Source of the DNA: Candidatus Saccharimonadota bacterium
GTDB lineage: Archaea; Nanobdellota; Nanobdellia; Pacearchaeales; GW2011-AR1
Direction of reading: 5' to 3'
DNA: 32,000 bases
Assembly: GCA_041659445.1 (NCBI GenBank)
Contig: JBAZYG010000001.1
Span: 454,530-486,529, forward strand
Shown: positions 8,999-18,182 of the stretch, one piece after another
How positions within the stretch are numbered: position 1 is the first letter of the stretch
Layout of the letters: the number at the start of each line of letters is the position of its first letter
The notes under the pieces: model-generated
Told to the model about the DNA's origin: nothing
What the model saw: the letters and a program-made list of their open reading frames with translations, nothing else
Databases searched by the model: none
Made by a program: the position numbers and the translations under genes

Positions 8999-9562
8999 TT
9001 ATATTCTTAATTCCCAAACATATAATTCTTCAAAAAATAATTTCTTTGATGCAATCTTCTTTTTTTTATAATCCAACCATTTAATTCCTTTGGTCAGTGA
9101 AGAAGTTAAAATTAAAATTTTTCCATTTTTATTTAAGTGGTTTTTTGCTTGTTCAAGAAATTTATTAATTACACTTGAACCATTTTTTCCTCCAACAAGA
9201 GCTATTTTTAAATCATCAAATTTTTCTTTATATTCAGGATTATAAGGATTGTCGTCGGGCAAATAAGGGGGATTAAAAATAATAATATCAAATTTTTCTT
9301 TAACGTTTTTAAATAAATCCGAATAAAAACATTTAAATCCTAACTTCCTACAATATTTTACTGAATCTTCATTAATATCTATTCCAAGAATGTTTTGCTT
9401 TTTTATTCCTGCTTTTAAGGCGGTATTTAAATTAACTCCAGAACCACAACCCATTTCAAGAAATTTTAAATCTAAATTACTTTTAATAATTTTTGAGATT
9501 TCTTGAAAAGTAACCTCTGATAAAAAATAAGAATCTTCTTCTGGTTCGTAAATTAATGACAT
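8999..9562 (-). CDS. Mtq2/HemK-like N5-glutamine (release factor) methyltransferase
   Basis: The protein starts MSLIYEPEEDSYFL and carries the SAM motif LEMGCGSGV and the catalytic FNPPY. I place the start at the ATG at 9562 rather than the TTG at 9571. That makes the upstream gene's stop, one spacer nt and this ATG form TAA-A-ATG (9566-9560). Confidence 0.75.
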   Translation of the reverse strand: MSLIYEPEEDSYFLSEVTFQEISKIIKSNLDLKFLEMGCGSGVNLNTALKAGIKKQNILGIDINEDSVKYCRKLGFKCFYSDLFKNVKEKFDIIIFNPPYLPDDNPYNPEYKEKFDDLKIALVGGKNGSSVINKFLEQAKNHLNKNGKILILTSSLTKGIKWLDYKKKKIASKKLFFEELYVWELRI

Positions 9563-9563
9563 T

Positions 9564-10106
9564 TTAACCAAATAAATTATTGAAAAAAGTAACTAATTCC
9601 TCTTTAAATAAAAATACTGAGACCAAAATTCCAATTAAAAGAACTAATAATAAAACTAAAGTTATAGTGATTGGTTCTATTTTTCTTTTTCTAGAACTTT
9701 TTGAAGAAAAATTATAATCTGAAAATTTTTGATTTGCTTTTATTTCTTTATTACCAGATTCAAAAAATCTTTGTTTTTCAAAAACCTTTTGCTTTTCAGA
9801 TTTCTGTAAATCTTCTTTTTTAACATTTAATTTTTCTTCTTTAACTAAATCAACTTTTTTTTCTGTAACTTTTGCTTCTTCTTTTTTTTCATCTTTTTTC
9901 AATTTTTTGTAATTAACATCATAAATTTTTTCTTCACTTTTTCCAAGCATGTATCTTCTCGCAGAATCTTCAATTTCAGATTTTTCATATCCTGCATTAT
10001 AGAGGGCTACCATGGATTGCTTAAGTGTTTCTCCTCTAGAAATAGCAGATTTTATTCCTCCAAGAATGTCTTCATTTGAATTATCTAATAGCTCACCTTT
10101 TTCCAT
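9564..10106 (-). CDS. Hypothetical tail-anchored protein (small N-terminal helical domain, K/E-rich linker, C-terminal TM helix)
   Basis: The C-terminus ITITLVLLLVLLIGILVSVFLF is a TM helix. The gene is co-oriented and coupled between RNase J and the methyltransferase. Confidence 0.6.
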   Translation of the reverse strand: MEKGELLDNSNEDILGGIKSAISRGETLKQSMVALYNAGYEKSEIEDSARRYMLGKSEEKIYDVNYKKLKKDEKKEEAKVTEKKVDLVKEEKLNVKKEDLQKSEKQKVFEKQRFFESGNKEIKANQKFSDYNFSSKSSRKRKIEPITITLVLLLVLLIGILVSVFLFKEELVTFFNNLFG

Positions 10107-10141
10107 ATTTTTTAAAGGGAAATCAGATTTAAAAAGTTATT

Positions 10142-11479
10142 TTAAAGTTTTAAAACACTTCCATTTGAAGCCAAGTGAGAATTCTCTCGAAATTTATAAC
10201 CTAACTCTTTTGCTAAATCTATCATTGGACTTTCTTGTTTAAGACTGCCATGTGCAGGAATTACATGCTCTGGTTTAAGAATTTCTAAAACTTCTCGCAA
10301 GTCTTCACGACTTCCGTGTCCATGAACATGAACATCAACTTGAATTTTAACTCCCAATGCTCTTAATCTTTTATCAAGTTTTTCTCTTGCAAGAATATTA
10401 ACTTCTGTTGGAATAACACTTGAAGAAAAAATCAAATTGTCTCCGGATTTAAAAGTAAAAGGGGTTTCACCTTTAACAATTCTATCTAATATGGAATTTT
10501 TTTCACCTTGATGCCCTGTACATACTACAAGATAATCTTCCCTATTTTTTTCCACTTCTTTTAAAAAAGAATTTATTTGTCTTCGGTATTTTAAAATTTT
10601 AATTTTATTTTTGAAATGACATTTCCCAACTTTTGAAGCACATTCAACATATCTTGAAAGACTTCTACCAATAAAAACAATTTTTCTTTTTGTTTTTAAT
10701 CCTAAATTTACAATATTATTTAATCTTTCAATATGTGATGAAAAAGTTGTTACAAAAAATGCAGATTTTTTATCTGTAACTTTTGAAAAAGCCTCTTCTA
10801 ACAAATGTCTTGCAATTATTTCTCCACCTGGTTTTTTTTCAACAGAAGAATAAAGCGAATCAATTACCAAAGCTTTCACACCCTGATTTCCTAATTCTTT
10901 TAATCTTTTATAATCTGGAGGATTTCCCAAAGTAGGATAATTATCAAATTTTAAATCCAATGCATAAAAAAATATCCCTTCAGGAGTATGAAGAGCAACA
11001 AAAGCACAATCAATTGTAGAATGTGTTGTATGGACAAATTCAAATTTTATTTCAGAAGACCCTTTCACAGAATAAATTTTTCCTGTTTCAGCTCTATTCA
11101 AAGAATTACTTATTCTTATTTTTGAATCTTCTAAAAGAGATTTTAAAACTTCTAATGTAAAAGATGTAGCATAAACTGGAACGTTTGGATATTCATGAAT
11201 TAAAAAAGGTAAACCACCGACGTGATCCAAATGTGCGTGACTTATAAAAATTGCTCTTACTTTATCTTTCCAACCTAATTCTTCTAAAACTCTGTCATCA
11301 GGTAAAGCTCCGACTCTTCGCAAATCTTTAATATTATATCTTTGCCCTTCTTCTTCTTGTAATTCAATTACTCCTGGTAAAAAAAACCCAGCATCAAAAA
11401 TAAAAACATCATCTTTGACTTTTACTGCAGTCATATTTTTACCAACTTCTTCAAATCCACCAATTGTACATATTTCCAT
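10142..11479 (-). CDS. rnj: Archaeal RNase J (metallo-beta-lactamase/beta-CASP, no KH domains)
   Basis: The N-terminus is IGGFEEVGKNMTAVKV...IFDAGF (GG..E.GKN is RNase J-like rather than the GRS of CPSF). Also present are ISHAHLDHVGG and the C-terminal HVHGHGSREDL. At 445 aa it matches the usual size. Confidence 0.8.
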   Translation of the reverse strand: MEICTIGGFEEVGKNMTAVKVKDDVFIFDAGFFLPGVIELQEEEGQRYNIKDLRRVGALPDDRVLEELGWKDKVRAIFISHAHLDHVGGLPFLIHEYPNVPVYATSFTLEVLKSLLEDSKIRISNSLNRAETGKIYSVKGSSEIKFEFVHTTHSTIDCAFVALHTPEGIFFYALDLKFDNYPTLGNPPDYKRLKELGNQGVKALVIDSLYSSVEKKPGGEIIARHLLEEAFSKVTDKKSAFFVTTFSSHIERLNNIVNLGLKTKRKIVFIGRSLSRYVECASKVGKCHFKNKIKILKYRRQINSFLKEVEKNREDYLVVCTGHQGEKNSILDRIVKGETPFTFKSGDNLIFSSSVIPTEVNILAREKLDKRLRALGVKIQVDVHVHGHGSREDLREVLEILKPEHVIPAHGSLKQESPMIDLAKELGYKFRENSHLASNGSVLKL

Positions 11480-11504
11480 TTTATTTTATTAAAAATCAAG
11501 ATTA

Positions 11505-11515
11505 CTTTATAAATC
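11505..11515 (-). promoter_or_regulatory. Candidate TATA box for the rnj operon
   Basis: The minus strand reads gatttataaag, ending 26 nt upstream of the ATG at 11479. Confidence 0.4.
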
Positions 11516-11553
11516 TAATTTATATATGTTTTTAAAATGTTATTTAAAAGATT

Positions 11554-11892
11554 TTAATTTTCTAATGATTTTTTAACAAGAGTTTTAGTTAAAAAACCTT
11601 CTTTTTTAACAATTTTATCCAAACGATTTAAATTTATTGAATGTTCTGAACAAGAACAAATCTTAGCAATACCCCATTCATCATCTAAACCATATTTTAA
11701 TTTAAGACCATCTAAAATACTTTTAAAATTAATCAAATTATTTTGAAGATATTTATTATCTAACCAATATTCTGAATAAACCACTCCATCTTTTCCACAA
11801 ATATAACAATCATTATTTTTAAATTCTTCAGCTAAGTCTATTTCTTGATTAATAACTTCAATACATAAAAAAGATTTTCTTTCGTTTACCAT
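11554..11892 (-). CDS. Hypothetical 112-aa Cys-containing protein
   Basis: CYICGK...CSCSEH may form a metal site. No family recognised. Confidence 0.5.
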   Translation of the reverse strand: MVNERKSFLCIEVINQEIDLAEEFKNNDCYICGKDGVVYSEYWLDNKYLQNNLINFKSILDGLKLKYGLDDEWGIAKICSCSEHSINLNRLDKIVKKEGFLTKTLVKKSLEN

Positions 11893-11943
11893 AAATTAAA
11901 CACTCATGAAAAGGTATTTAAGTTTTTGTATTCTTTAAAGTAT

Positions 11944-12222
11944 ATGAAACCACTCAAACCATCAATGCGAGAAGACAAAAGATATTTATTAATTTCTGGA
12001 GAAAACCTTAAAGAAGATGTGGTAAAATCTATTAAAGAATTTATTGGAATTTTAGGATTAGCAAAATCAAATCTTTCTTTTATTGAATTAAAAAAAGATA
12101 AAGCCATAATTTGCGTTGATAGAAAATCTCTAAATCATGTTAAAGCTAGTTTTGCTATGTGTAATGAAAAAATTGATGTTTTAAAAGTTAGTGGAACATT
12201 GAAAGGATTAAAAACTAATTAA
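11944..12222 (+). CDS. rnp2: RNase P protein component 2 (Pop5)
   Basis: MKPLKPSMREDKRYLLI...IICVDRKSLNHVKASFAM...KVSGTLKGLK matches the archaeal Pop5 pattern (LPPtLReKKRYi...vSGTikrlk). I use the ATG at 11944, not the TTG at 11926. Confidence 0.85.
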   Translation: MKPLKPSMREDKRYLLISGENLKEDVVKSIKEFIGILGLAKSNLSFIELKKDKAIICVDRKSLNHVKASFAMCNEKIDVLKVSGTLKGLKTN

Positions 12223-15200
12223 AATATCCCCCATTCAGAAGAATATTCTTTACATAAATTATAATATTTCTTAAAGAATTCTCCAATTTTTGAGAAAATT
12301 TTCTTGAACAAACCTGGAGAATTGTCTTCTGAATTTGAATCTTGATTTGGTTGTTCTAATGAAAAATCACCCAAAACAATTTTTTCATCTAAAAGATTTT
12401 CTTGATCAACTACTACAAAAATTAAATTTCCATTAAATTTAGTATTATGCTTATCATAAGAAATTTTTAGCACTTCATTTTCATTATTTAATTTAAAGAA
12501 ATAATTTTCATGAATGCCTATGGAAAAAAATTGTGAATCTATAGAAAGATTTACAAAATTTTTATTTATATCTAATATTTTTAAAATATAAGTATTATTT
12601 TCATAAAATAATTTTAAAGTATCATATTTAGAAACTTTTTGTTTTAATTCTTGGGTTGTTAAATTTAAATTTATTTTATTAAATGGCAACCCGCTCCCAC
12701 CAGAAGTTGTTGTGACATCTTCACTACTTGAAGGAGTTTCCTCAGAAGAATAATTACTAAAAGATATTACATCAAAAATAAAAGTTCCACCAGTATAAGA
12801 AACTTCTGTACAATCTGAACAAAAAACTCCGTCTTTTAAAGGTCTTGGATTTGTAAAAGTTAAATCATATAAAGTTATTCTTGCAGAAGCATTCAAAAAA
12901 GTTAAATTACTAGAATTTACGTATGCACTATTTAACCCTATAATTATATAATCATCTAAATTTGCACCTTCTTCAAGATTTACATTTTCTGAAAAATTAA
13001 TTTTACCATAAGGATAATTATCAATTACAAAATTTGAAATTTCTGAAACATCTAAATCACTTAAATTAGTTGAATTTGTTGTAAAACCTTGAAACCTAAA
13101 AACAGATAAGTTGTTTGTTGAACTAAAATAAACTTCTGAATCATTATTTGTGCAATTTATACTCCAATTATAATGACCAATTGCAAGATTATTCAATGTG
13201 AAATTTTGAGTAGTATCTTCGGTAATAGAAATATTTGTTGAATTCAAAATATTGTTTAAAATTAAAGAACAATTTTCAATATTTACTCCTGAGTCTGAAA
13301 CATTATAAGAAAAAGTTACATTTCCGTCAGAGTCTCCTTTTTTATTTCCTGGAGAAATTAATGTTACAACTGAAACATCTGCAACATTTGTAACATTTAC
13401 CAAAAAACTATTTACTCCTGTTAAAAATAAAGAATCATATGCTGTGCAAGTAACATTTACTGAACCATAAAAATTATTTAAAGCTGTTATATTTAGCAAT
13501 TTTGTTTCATTGTTAACTTCTGAAGTAAAATTTGTTTCATTATCTGAGCAAGTCCAATTAATTAAAGAATCAGCATCATCTATATCTAAAACATAATTTG
13601 ATAAATTAATTGTAGAATTTGAATTACCTTCTTCTAATGTCATTAAATCTAAAGAAGAAAAATCTATATTTGGTGCAGAATTAGAAACAGTAGTATTTGT
13701 TAAATTTACAGCTGTGGAGTTTGCTGTTCCATCTCCTGTCCAAACTTCAAGAGTAATATTATCCCCAGCATTATATTCAGAAGAATCAAATGTCGCAATT
13801 AAAGTGTTTGTATTGTTCGTCGCTGTTTGAGATTGAATTGTTGTATTTGGAGTGTTATTAACATACATTCTTACATAACCTGTTAAAGTATCTCCTAAAT
13901 CAGGGTCTGTGATTGTTAAATTTACTAACAAACTAGTATTTGTGTAAACTGTTGCTGGACTTGTTGCATTTGCTATAATTGTTGGTGCAGTGTTTAAAAC
14001 TGGAGCTAAATCTTTTAAAGGAAGATAGTCAATATTTCCAGTTGTGCAATTTGAACCTGCAATACAAGATGCATTTGTTTCAATATCATAAGCCAAATCA
14101 CAAACACCATTAGCATTACTATCTGCACAAGTTTCAGAATAACCTGTTCCGTCGGGTTTTGCCCAAAAATTCCCACCATAAGCTAAATCCCCGACGATAT
14201 TTCTTAAACTAGAATTAAAAGTAGTATTGAAAAGATTATCTGCACCAGTGCTACCAAATTTTACATTCAAAGAATTATTAAAGAAATTATTGTAAAAATA
14301 ATTACTATCTGTTCCAAGTTGATTAAAAGTTACTCCTGCTGTTGTAGCATTAGTTAAATTATTATTATAAATTTCACTTCCAATACTTGTTGAATCAATA
14401 TAAATGTTAACTGCATTATTATAAATACTTGAATTGTAAATCCGAATATAATCTGGACTTGATTGTAAATAAAACCCATTTCCAGTATTACCATAAACTG
14501 TGCAATTTGAAAAATTAGAATAATTGCTAGTATAATATAAATGAAACCCGTGTGCTGTAGAATTAATAATAAAATTCTCAAATAAATTTCTATCCAACCC
14601 TTGCCTTAAATAAATTCCTGTAGTTAACGCAGAAGTAGAAGTAATATTAGAAAAATATGAATCTTGAACAAAATCAAAATACATAGAATATTGAAAATCA
14701 TTAAATTTACAATTTTTTACAGTTAGATTTTTATACTCACTTCCTGCAGCAGTATCTGCAACAACACCATACAAAACTGCATTCCCTCCATCAACTAAAT
14801 GATTTTGACAATCTAAAGTTACATTACTTGAACTAATAGTAAAACATGTTGAACCAGAATCTGTAACGTCTGCTGTTAATAGGTATTCTCCTGGAAGATT
14901 TAAAGTAGCACATCCAGAAATTTCTCCCCCTCTTTGGACAATTGTGAAAGAATCCATATTTCCCGACGATAAAGTTGAAGTAAAAGTATAATTTATTGAA
15001 TTTGTAGAAACTAAAGAACCTGAAGAATTGTAAACATCATGGTTTACTCCAATACTTTCAAAACTTATTGTTATATTTGTTAAATTATGATCATAATTGT
15101 TTGTCATATTACAAGTGTAATTTCCCTGTGAATTTTGTGAACAATTTACTTTTAAGTTCTGCCAATCTGTGATTCCGTCTGCAGTATAACCTGTTCTATT

Positions 15201-16415
15201 TGAATCATGCCCAATTAAAGTATAATCTCCTGAACCTGTTCCAAAATCAAATGCATATAAATTTCCGTCGTCAGTTACAACATAAATATTTCCTTGAGCA
15301 ATAGAAGTGTAACCAAAAACATCTTCATTGACATGATATTTCCAAATAAAATTTCCATTTGTTTCGTTTATAGCATAAATGTAACCATCTCCGCCTGTAG
15401 CAGCGTCGCAACTAGCACATATCACATTAAAAAAAATCATTCCATTAGAAATTGCAGGTTGATTATAAATTGCATCAGTACCGTCGGCACCAGAATCATA
15501 AAATATCCATTTTTCAGTTCCATTCAAATAATAAGAATGTACTAAATCTGTGGTTGTTACTGTAGTTGTTTTTCCAATGAAAAAAACATCGTCGTGAACT
15601 GAAGGAGTACTTATAGTGTTAAAAGAGGCAGTATCCCAAACAACTGAACCATTTTCAAGATACCTTGATAATAAAAGTGGTCCTCCTGCAGAAGAACCAA
15701 TAAAAATTTGATTGTTATATAAAATTGGAGAACTATCCCAAAAAGTTCCTTCATCTCTTGCCCAAAGTTGAGTTCCTGTTGTAATATTATATGCTGCTAA
15801 ATCTTCATTTGTTTCAGAATTTGATGTTGCAATAATTAAATATTCTCCATACAATAAAGGCTCTGCAGCAATTGCGGCTGTTCCAACTCCAATAGTGTCA
15901 TTCCATATGTAAGCTCCTGTTGTTCTATTTAAAACAACAAATGTATTTGAAGCATATGAAATCGCAATTAAATAATTTTCATCTAATGCAACACCTTGAG
16001 AAAATTTCATTGCTGTTGGACTTGTATAATTCCAAATTTGAATTCCTGTTGTAGAATTTATTGCCCACACATTATTAAAAGAATTATAAATAGTTCCGTT
16101 GTAATAAACAGGCCCTCCGAAACCAGTCAATCCTGCTCCAGAATTTCCAACATCAAATTCCCATATAATACTTCCATTTGTTGCATTAACTGCATAAGTT
16201 TTATTATCTCGTCGTGAATTTACAAACAAAGTATCGTTTGCATAAACTGCAATTGCCTGTTCGTCATAAGTTCCTGTAACATTTGCTGTCCAAAGCAATT
16301 CATGACCATAAGTAGTTCTAGATGTATTCAAATCAACTAAAACAGAAGTTGCAGAAATACTTGGAAGAATTAACAAAGAAATTAATAAAACAAAAAAGAA
16401 GAAATTTTTTTTCAT
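12219..16415 (-). CDS. Giant secreted surface (glyco)protein: signal peptide, PQQ-like beta-propeller, parallel beta-helix region, Ig-like repeats
   Basis: The signal peptide is MKKNFFFFVLLISLLILPSISA|TS. Seven to eight propeller blades carry x-N-x-T-[TN]-G-x-x-x-W (YAVNATNGSIIWEF, WAINSTTGIQIWNY, LNRTTGAYIWND, YNITTGTQLWAR, INETNGNFIWKY...). PbH1-like repeats occur around NCKFNDF...GFHLYYTSNYSNFSNCTVYGNTGNGFYL. Repeated beta-rich modules follow. There are dozens of N-x-S/T sequons and no C-terminal TM helix. Confidence 0.85.
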   Translation of the reverse strand: MKKNFFFFVLLISLLILPSISATSVLVDLNTSRTTYGHELLWTANVTGTYDEQAIAVYANDTLFVNSRRDNKTYAVNATNGSIIWEFDVGNSGAGLTGFGGPVYYNGTIYNSFNNVWAINSTTGIQIWNYTSPTAMKFSQGVALDENYLIAISYASNTFVVLNRTTGAYIWNDTIGVGTAAIAAEPLLYGEYLIIATSNSETNEDLAAYNITTGTQLWARDEGTFWDSSPILYNNQIFIGSSAGGPLLLSRYLENGSVVWDTASFNTISTPSVHDDVFFIGKTTTVTTTDLVHSYYLNGTEKWIFYDSGADGTDAIYNQPAISNGMIFFNVICASCDAATGGDGYIYAINETNGNFIWKYHVNEDVFGYTSIAQGNIYVVTDDGNLYAFDFGTGSGDYTLIGHDSNRTGYTADGITDWQNLKVNCSQNSQGNYTCNMTNNYDHNLTNITISFESIGVNHDVYNSSGSLVSTNSINYTFTSTLSSGNMDSFTIVQRGGEISGCATLNLPGEYLLTADVTDSGSTCFTISSSNVTLDCQNHLVDGGNAVLYGVVADTAAGSEYKNLTVKNCKFNDFQYSMYFDFVQDSYFSNITSTSALTTGIYLRQGLDRNLFENFIINSTAHGFHLYYTSNYSNFSNCTVYGNTGNGFYLQSSPDYIRIYNSSIYNNAVNIYIDSTSIGSEIYNNNLTNATTAGVTFNQLGTDSNYFYNNFFNNSLNVKFGSTGADNLFNTTFNSSLRNIVGDLAYGGNFWAKPDGTGYSETCADSNANGVCDLAYDIETNASCIAGSNCTTGNIDYLPLKDLAPVLNTAPTIIANATSPATVYTNTSLLVNLTITDPDLGDTLTGYVRMYVNNTPNTTIQSQTATNNTNTLIATFDSSEYNAGDNITLEVWTGDGTANSTAVNLTNTTVSNSAPNIDFSSLDLMTLEEGNSNSTINLSNYVLDIDDADSLINWTCSDNETNFTSEVNNETKLLNITALNNFYGSVNVTCTAYDSLFLTGVNSFLVNVTNVADVSVVTLISPGNKKGDSDGNVTFSYNVSDSGVNIENCSLILNNILNSTNISITEDTTQNFTLNNLAIGHYNWSINCTNNDSEVYFSSTNNLSVFRFQGFTTNSTNLSDLDVSEISNFVIDNYPYGKINFSENVNLEEGANLDDYIIIGLNSAYVNSSNLTFLNASARITLYDLTFTNPRPLKDGVFCSDCTEVSYTGGTFIFDVISFSNYSSEETPSSSEDVTTTSGGSGLPFNKINLNLTTQELKQKVSKYDTLKLFYENNTYILKILDINKNFVNLSIDSQFFSIGIHENYFFKLNNENEVLKISYDKHNTKFNGNLIFVVVDQENLLDEKIVLGDFSLEQPNQDSNSEDNSPGLFKKIFSKIGEFFKKYYNLCKEYSSEWGIF

Positions 16416-16594
16416 TTTATATTTAACTCCTTTTTTATTTTCAAAATTTCTTCTGCTTCTGAAATTTTTTTCAAGGCATTGTTTAGAAAATTAGAAACAG
16501 CAGGTTGAGTAATTTTTAATTTTTTAGCAATTTCTAATTGAGTCATATTCTTGTTTTTAAGTTCCAAAACTTCTCTCTCTTTTTCTGTTAGCAT
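16412..16594 (-). CDS. 60-aa helix-turn-helix protein (Tfx N-terminal / sigma-70 region-4 / LuxR-type HTH)
   Basis: LTEKEREVLELKNKNMTQLEIAKKLKITQPAVSNFLNNALKKI fits the pattern. Its stop overlaps the start of the giant gene (ATGA at 16412-16415). Confidence 0.7.
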   Translation of the reverse strand: MLTEKEREVLELKNKNMTQLEIAKKLKITQPAVSNFLNNALKKISEAEEILKIKKELNIK

Positions 16595-16619
16595 TATAAT
16601 TTATAGTAATTATATTAGT

Positions 16620-16627
16620 ATTATAAG
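16620..16627 (-). promoter_or_regulatory. Candidate TATA box for the HTH + giant surface protein operon
   Basis: The minus strand reads cttataat, ending 26 nt upstream of the ATG at 16594. Confidence 0.4.
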
Positions 16628-16708
16628 TATTATGGTTTTTAAAGGTTTTGATGGTCATGTATACTTAAATATAAATATATTTAAAAATAAATTTATTGTA
16701 AAATTTTT

Positions 16709-17185
16709 ATGAAACTCGATAAAAAAATTTGTATAAAAGATTATACAAAGTTTGAGCCAAGCGAAATTTATGAAATGGCGAGACATATTGCAATTACTAA
16801 AGGACATGTTTCAATTGGATTAAATGATAAAAAAAACATTGGAGATTCAATAATCCATATTTTTTCAAATGTTCCAAAAAACAATATAAACATTATTCAC
16901 ACATTAGAAGAACCAAAAATTAAAATCGCAAATCATCAAGAACTTGTTAACATTATAAATGACCTTCCAATGGGAGAAATAAAAATTTATAACCAATGGC
17001 CTGTCAAATTAATTCTTAGTTCAAATGAGATACATGAAGGAGAATTATTATTCCATCAATTAACAGAGGATCCTCTGACAAATAATAAATTTTTATTTGG
17101 AAAATGGATTCTGAAATTGGTTGAATTATATAAACACTCAATAGCTCAACCAAAGACTGACCCAAGATATGAGCCTTTTAGGTAA
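16709..17185 (+). CDS. Hypothetical 158-aa protein
   Basis: ATG ORF with normal composition. No family recognised. Confidence 0.55.
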   Translation: MKLDKKICIKDYTKFEPSEIYEMARHIAITKGHVSIGLNDKKNIGDSIIHIFSNVPKNNINIIHTLEEPKIKIANHQELVNIINDLPMGEIKIYNQWPVKLILSSNEIHEGELLFHQLTEDPLTNNKFLFGKWILKLVELYKHSIAQPKTDPRYEPFR

Positions 17186-17297
17186 AGTTTATAAAATAAA
17201 TTTTACTCCAAAAAGTTTAAAAACTAGTAATTTTTCTAAAAATAGAGAAGAAAAGAAAAAGAAATTAAGATTATTAAATTCTCACAAAAAACATAAA

Positions 17298-18020
17298 ATG
17301 GAAATGCCTATAGATATGCAACACCAACAAATGGGGTATGATAGAACTGCTACAATGTTTACTCCTGAAGGACATTTATTACAGGTAGAGTATGCTGAAA
17401 AAGCAGTAAGACTTGGAAGTTCAAGTATTGGAATGGTTTGCTCTGATGGGGTTTTTATACTTTCTGATAAAAGAAATGAAGACAAATTAATTGTTCCAAG
17501 TTCTGCGAACAAAATTCATGAAATTGATGAACACATAATTGTAAGTATCGCAGGAATTGTTTCAGATGCAAGAGTTTTAATTGACAGGTCCCAAGTTTTA
17601 GCACAGCAACATCGAGTAACTTATGATTCTCCTATTGAAATTGAAACAGTTATAAAAGAAATTTCAAACTTAAAACAACAATTTAGCCAGTATGGTGGTG
17701 CAAGACCTTTTGGTGTTTCATTAATGCTTGCTGGAGTTTACAACAAAAAATTCCAACTTTACACAAGTTATGTAACTGGAAATTATTTTGAATATTATGC
17801 AAATGCTATTGGAGAAAATGACGAAAAAATAAGAGATAAATTAAAAGAAGTATATAAAAAAGATTTAACAATTAAAAAAGGCGTGAAAATTGCTTTAGAT
17901 ATTTTTAAAGAAATTCAAGGACAAAAATTTGATATAGACAGGTTTGAACTTGTTTATCTTTCAAAAGAACATGAAAAAATGCAAAGACTTGAAGGAAATA
18001 AAATTAACGAATTAAAATGA
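17298..18020 (+). CDS. psmA: Proteasome alpha subunit
   Basis: QMGYDRTATMFTPEGHLLQVEYAEKAV is the canonical alpha N-terminus. I moved the start from the track's 17169 to the ATG at 17298 (MEMPIDMQHQQMGYD). It has a TATA-like ttattaaatt about 25 nt upstream and the TAAAATG context. Confidence 0.92.
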   Translation: MEMPIDMQHQQMGYDRTATMFTPEGHLLQVEYAEKAVRLGSSSIGMVCSDGVFILSDKRNEDKLIVPSSANKIHEIDEHIIVSIAGIVSDARVLIDRSQVLAQQHRVTYDSPIEIETVIKEISNLKQQFSQYGGARPFGVSLMLAGVYNKKFQLYTSYVTGNYFEYYANAIGENDEKIRDKLKEVYKKDLTIKKGVKIALDIFKEIQGQKFDIDRFELVYLSKEHEKMQRLEGNKINELK

Positions 18021-18181
18021 ACGAATTAAGAGACAAATTAAAAAAATTAGGAATTGATTATGAAAGTTTTGAAAGAAGAACAAGAATTTATGAATTAGCA
18101 AGAGAAGCAGAAGAAAGAACAAGATTAGAAGAAATGAATAAACTCGAGGAGGATATTATTATACAATACTTAAAAAATTAA
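18017..18181 (+). CDS. Unannotated 54-aa helical ORF (below the 60-aa track cut-off)
   Basis: My translation is MNELRDKLKKLGIDYESFERRTRIYELAREAEERTRLEEMNKLEEDIIIQYLKN. It has an ATGA overlap with the psmA stop, and its TAA is 1 nt before the next ATG. It exactly fills the gap between the two genes. Confidence 0.6.
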   Translation: MNELRDKLKKLGIDYESFERRTRIYELAREAEERTRLEEMNKLEEDIIIQYLKN

Positions 18182-18182
18182 A

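Noticed and set aside
9563-9571. TTG starts proposed by the track for the methyltransferase (9571) and for Pop5 (11926).
   Set aside because: In both cases an ATG a few codons downstream (9562; 11944) gives the family-typical N-terminus. For 9562 it also creates the recurrent TAA-A-ATG junction.
14354-16217. ORFs 14354-14581 (same strand, other frame), 15294-15545 and 15996-16217 inside the giant surface gene.
   Set aside because: They are embedded in a 4.2-kb ORF with clear domain structure, and their composition is typical of off-frame or antisense reading.
17169-17297. The 43-codon N-terminal extension of psmA given in the track (start at 17169, overlapping ORF 16709).
   Set aside because: The extension is K/N-rich with no similarity to proteasome alpha N-termini. 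The ATG at 17298 gives the canonical ...QMGYDR start, a TATA-like box at -25 and the TAAAATG context.
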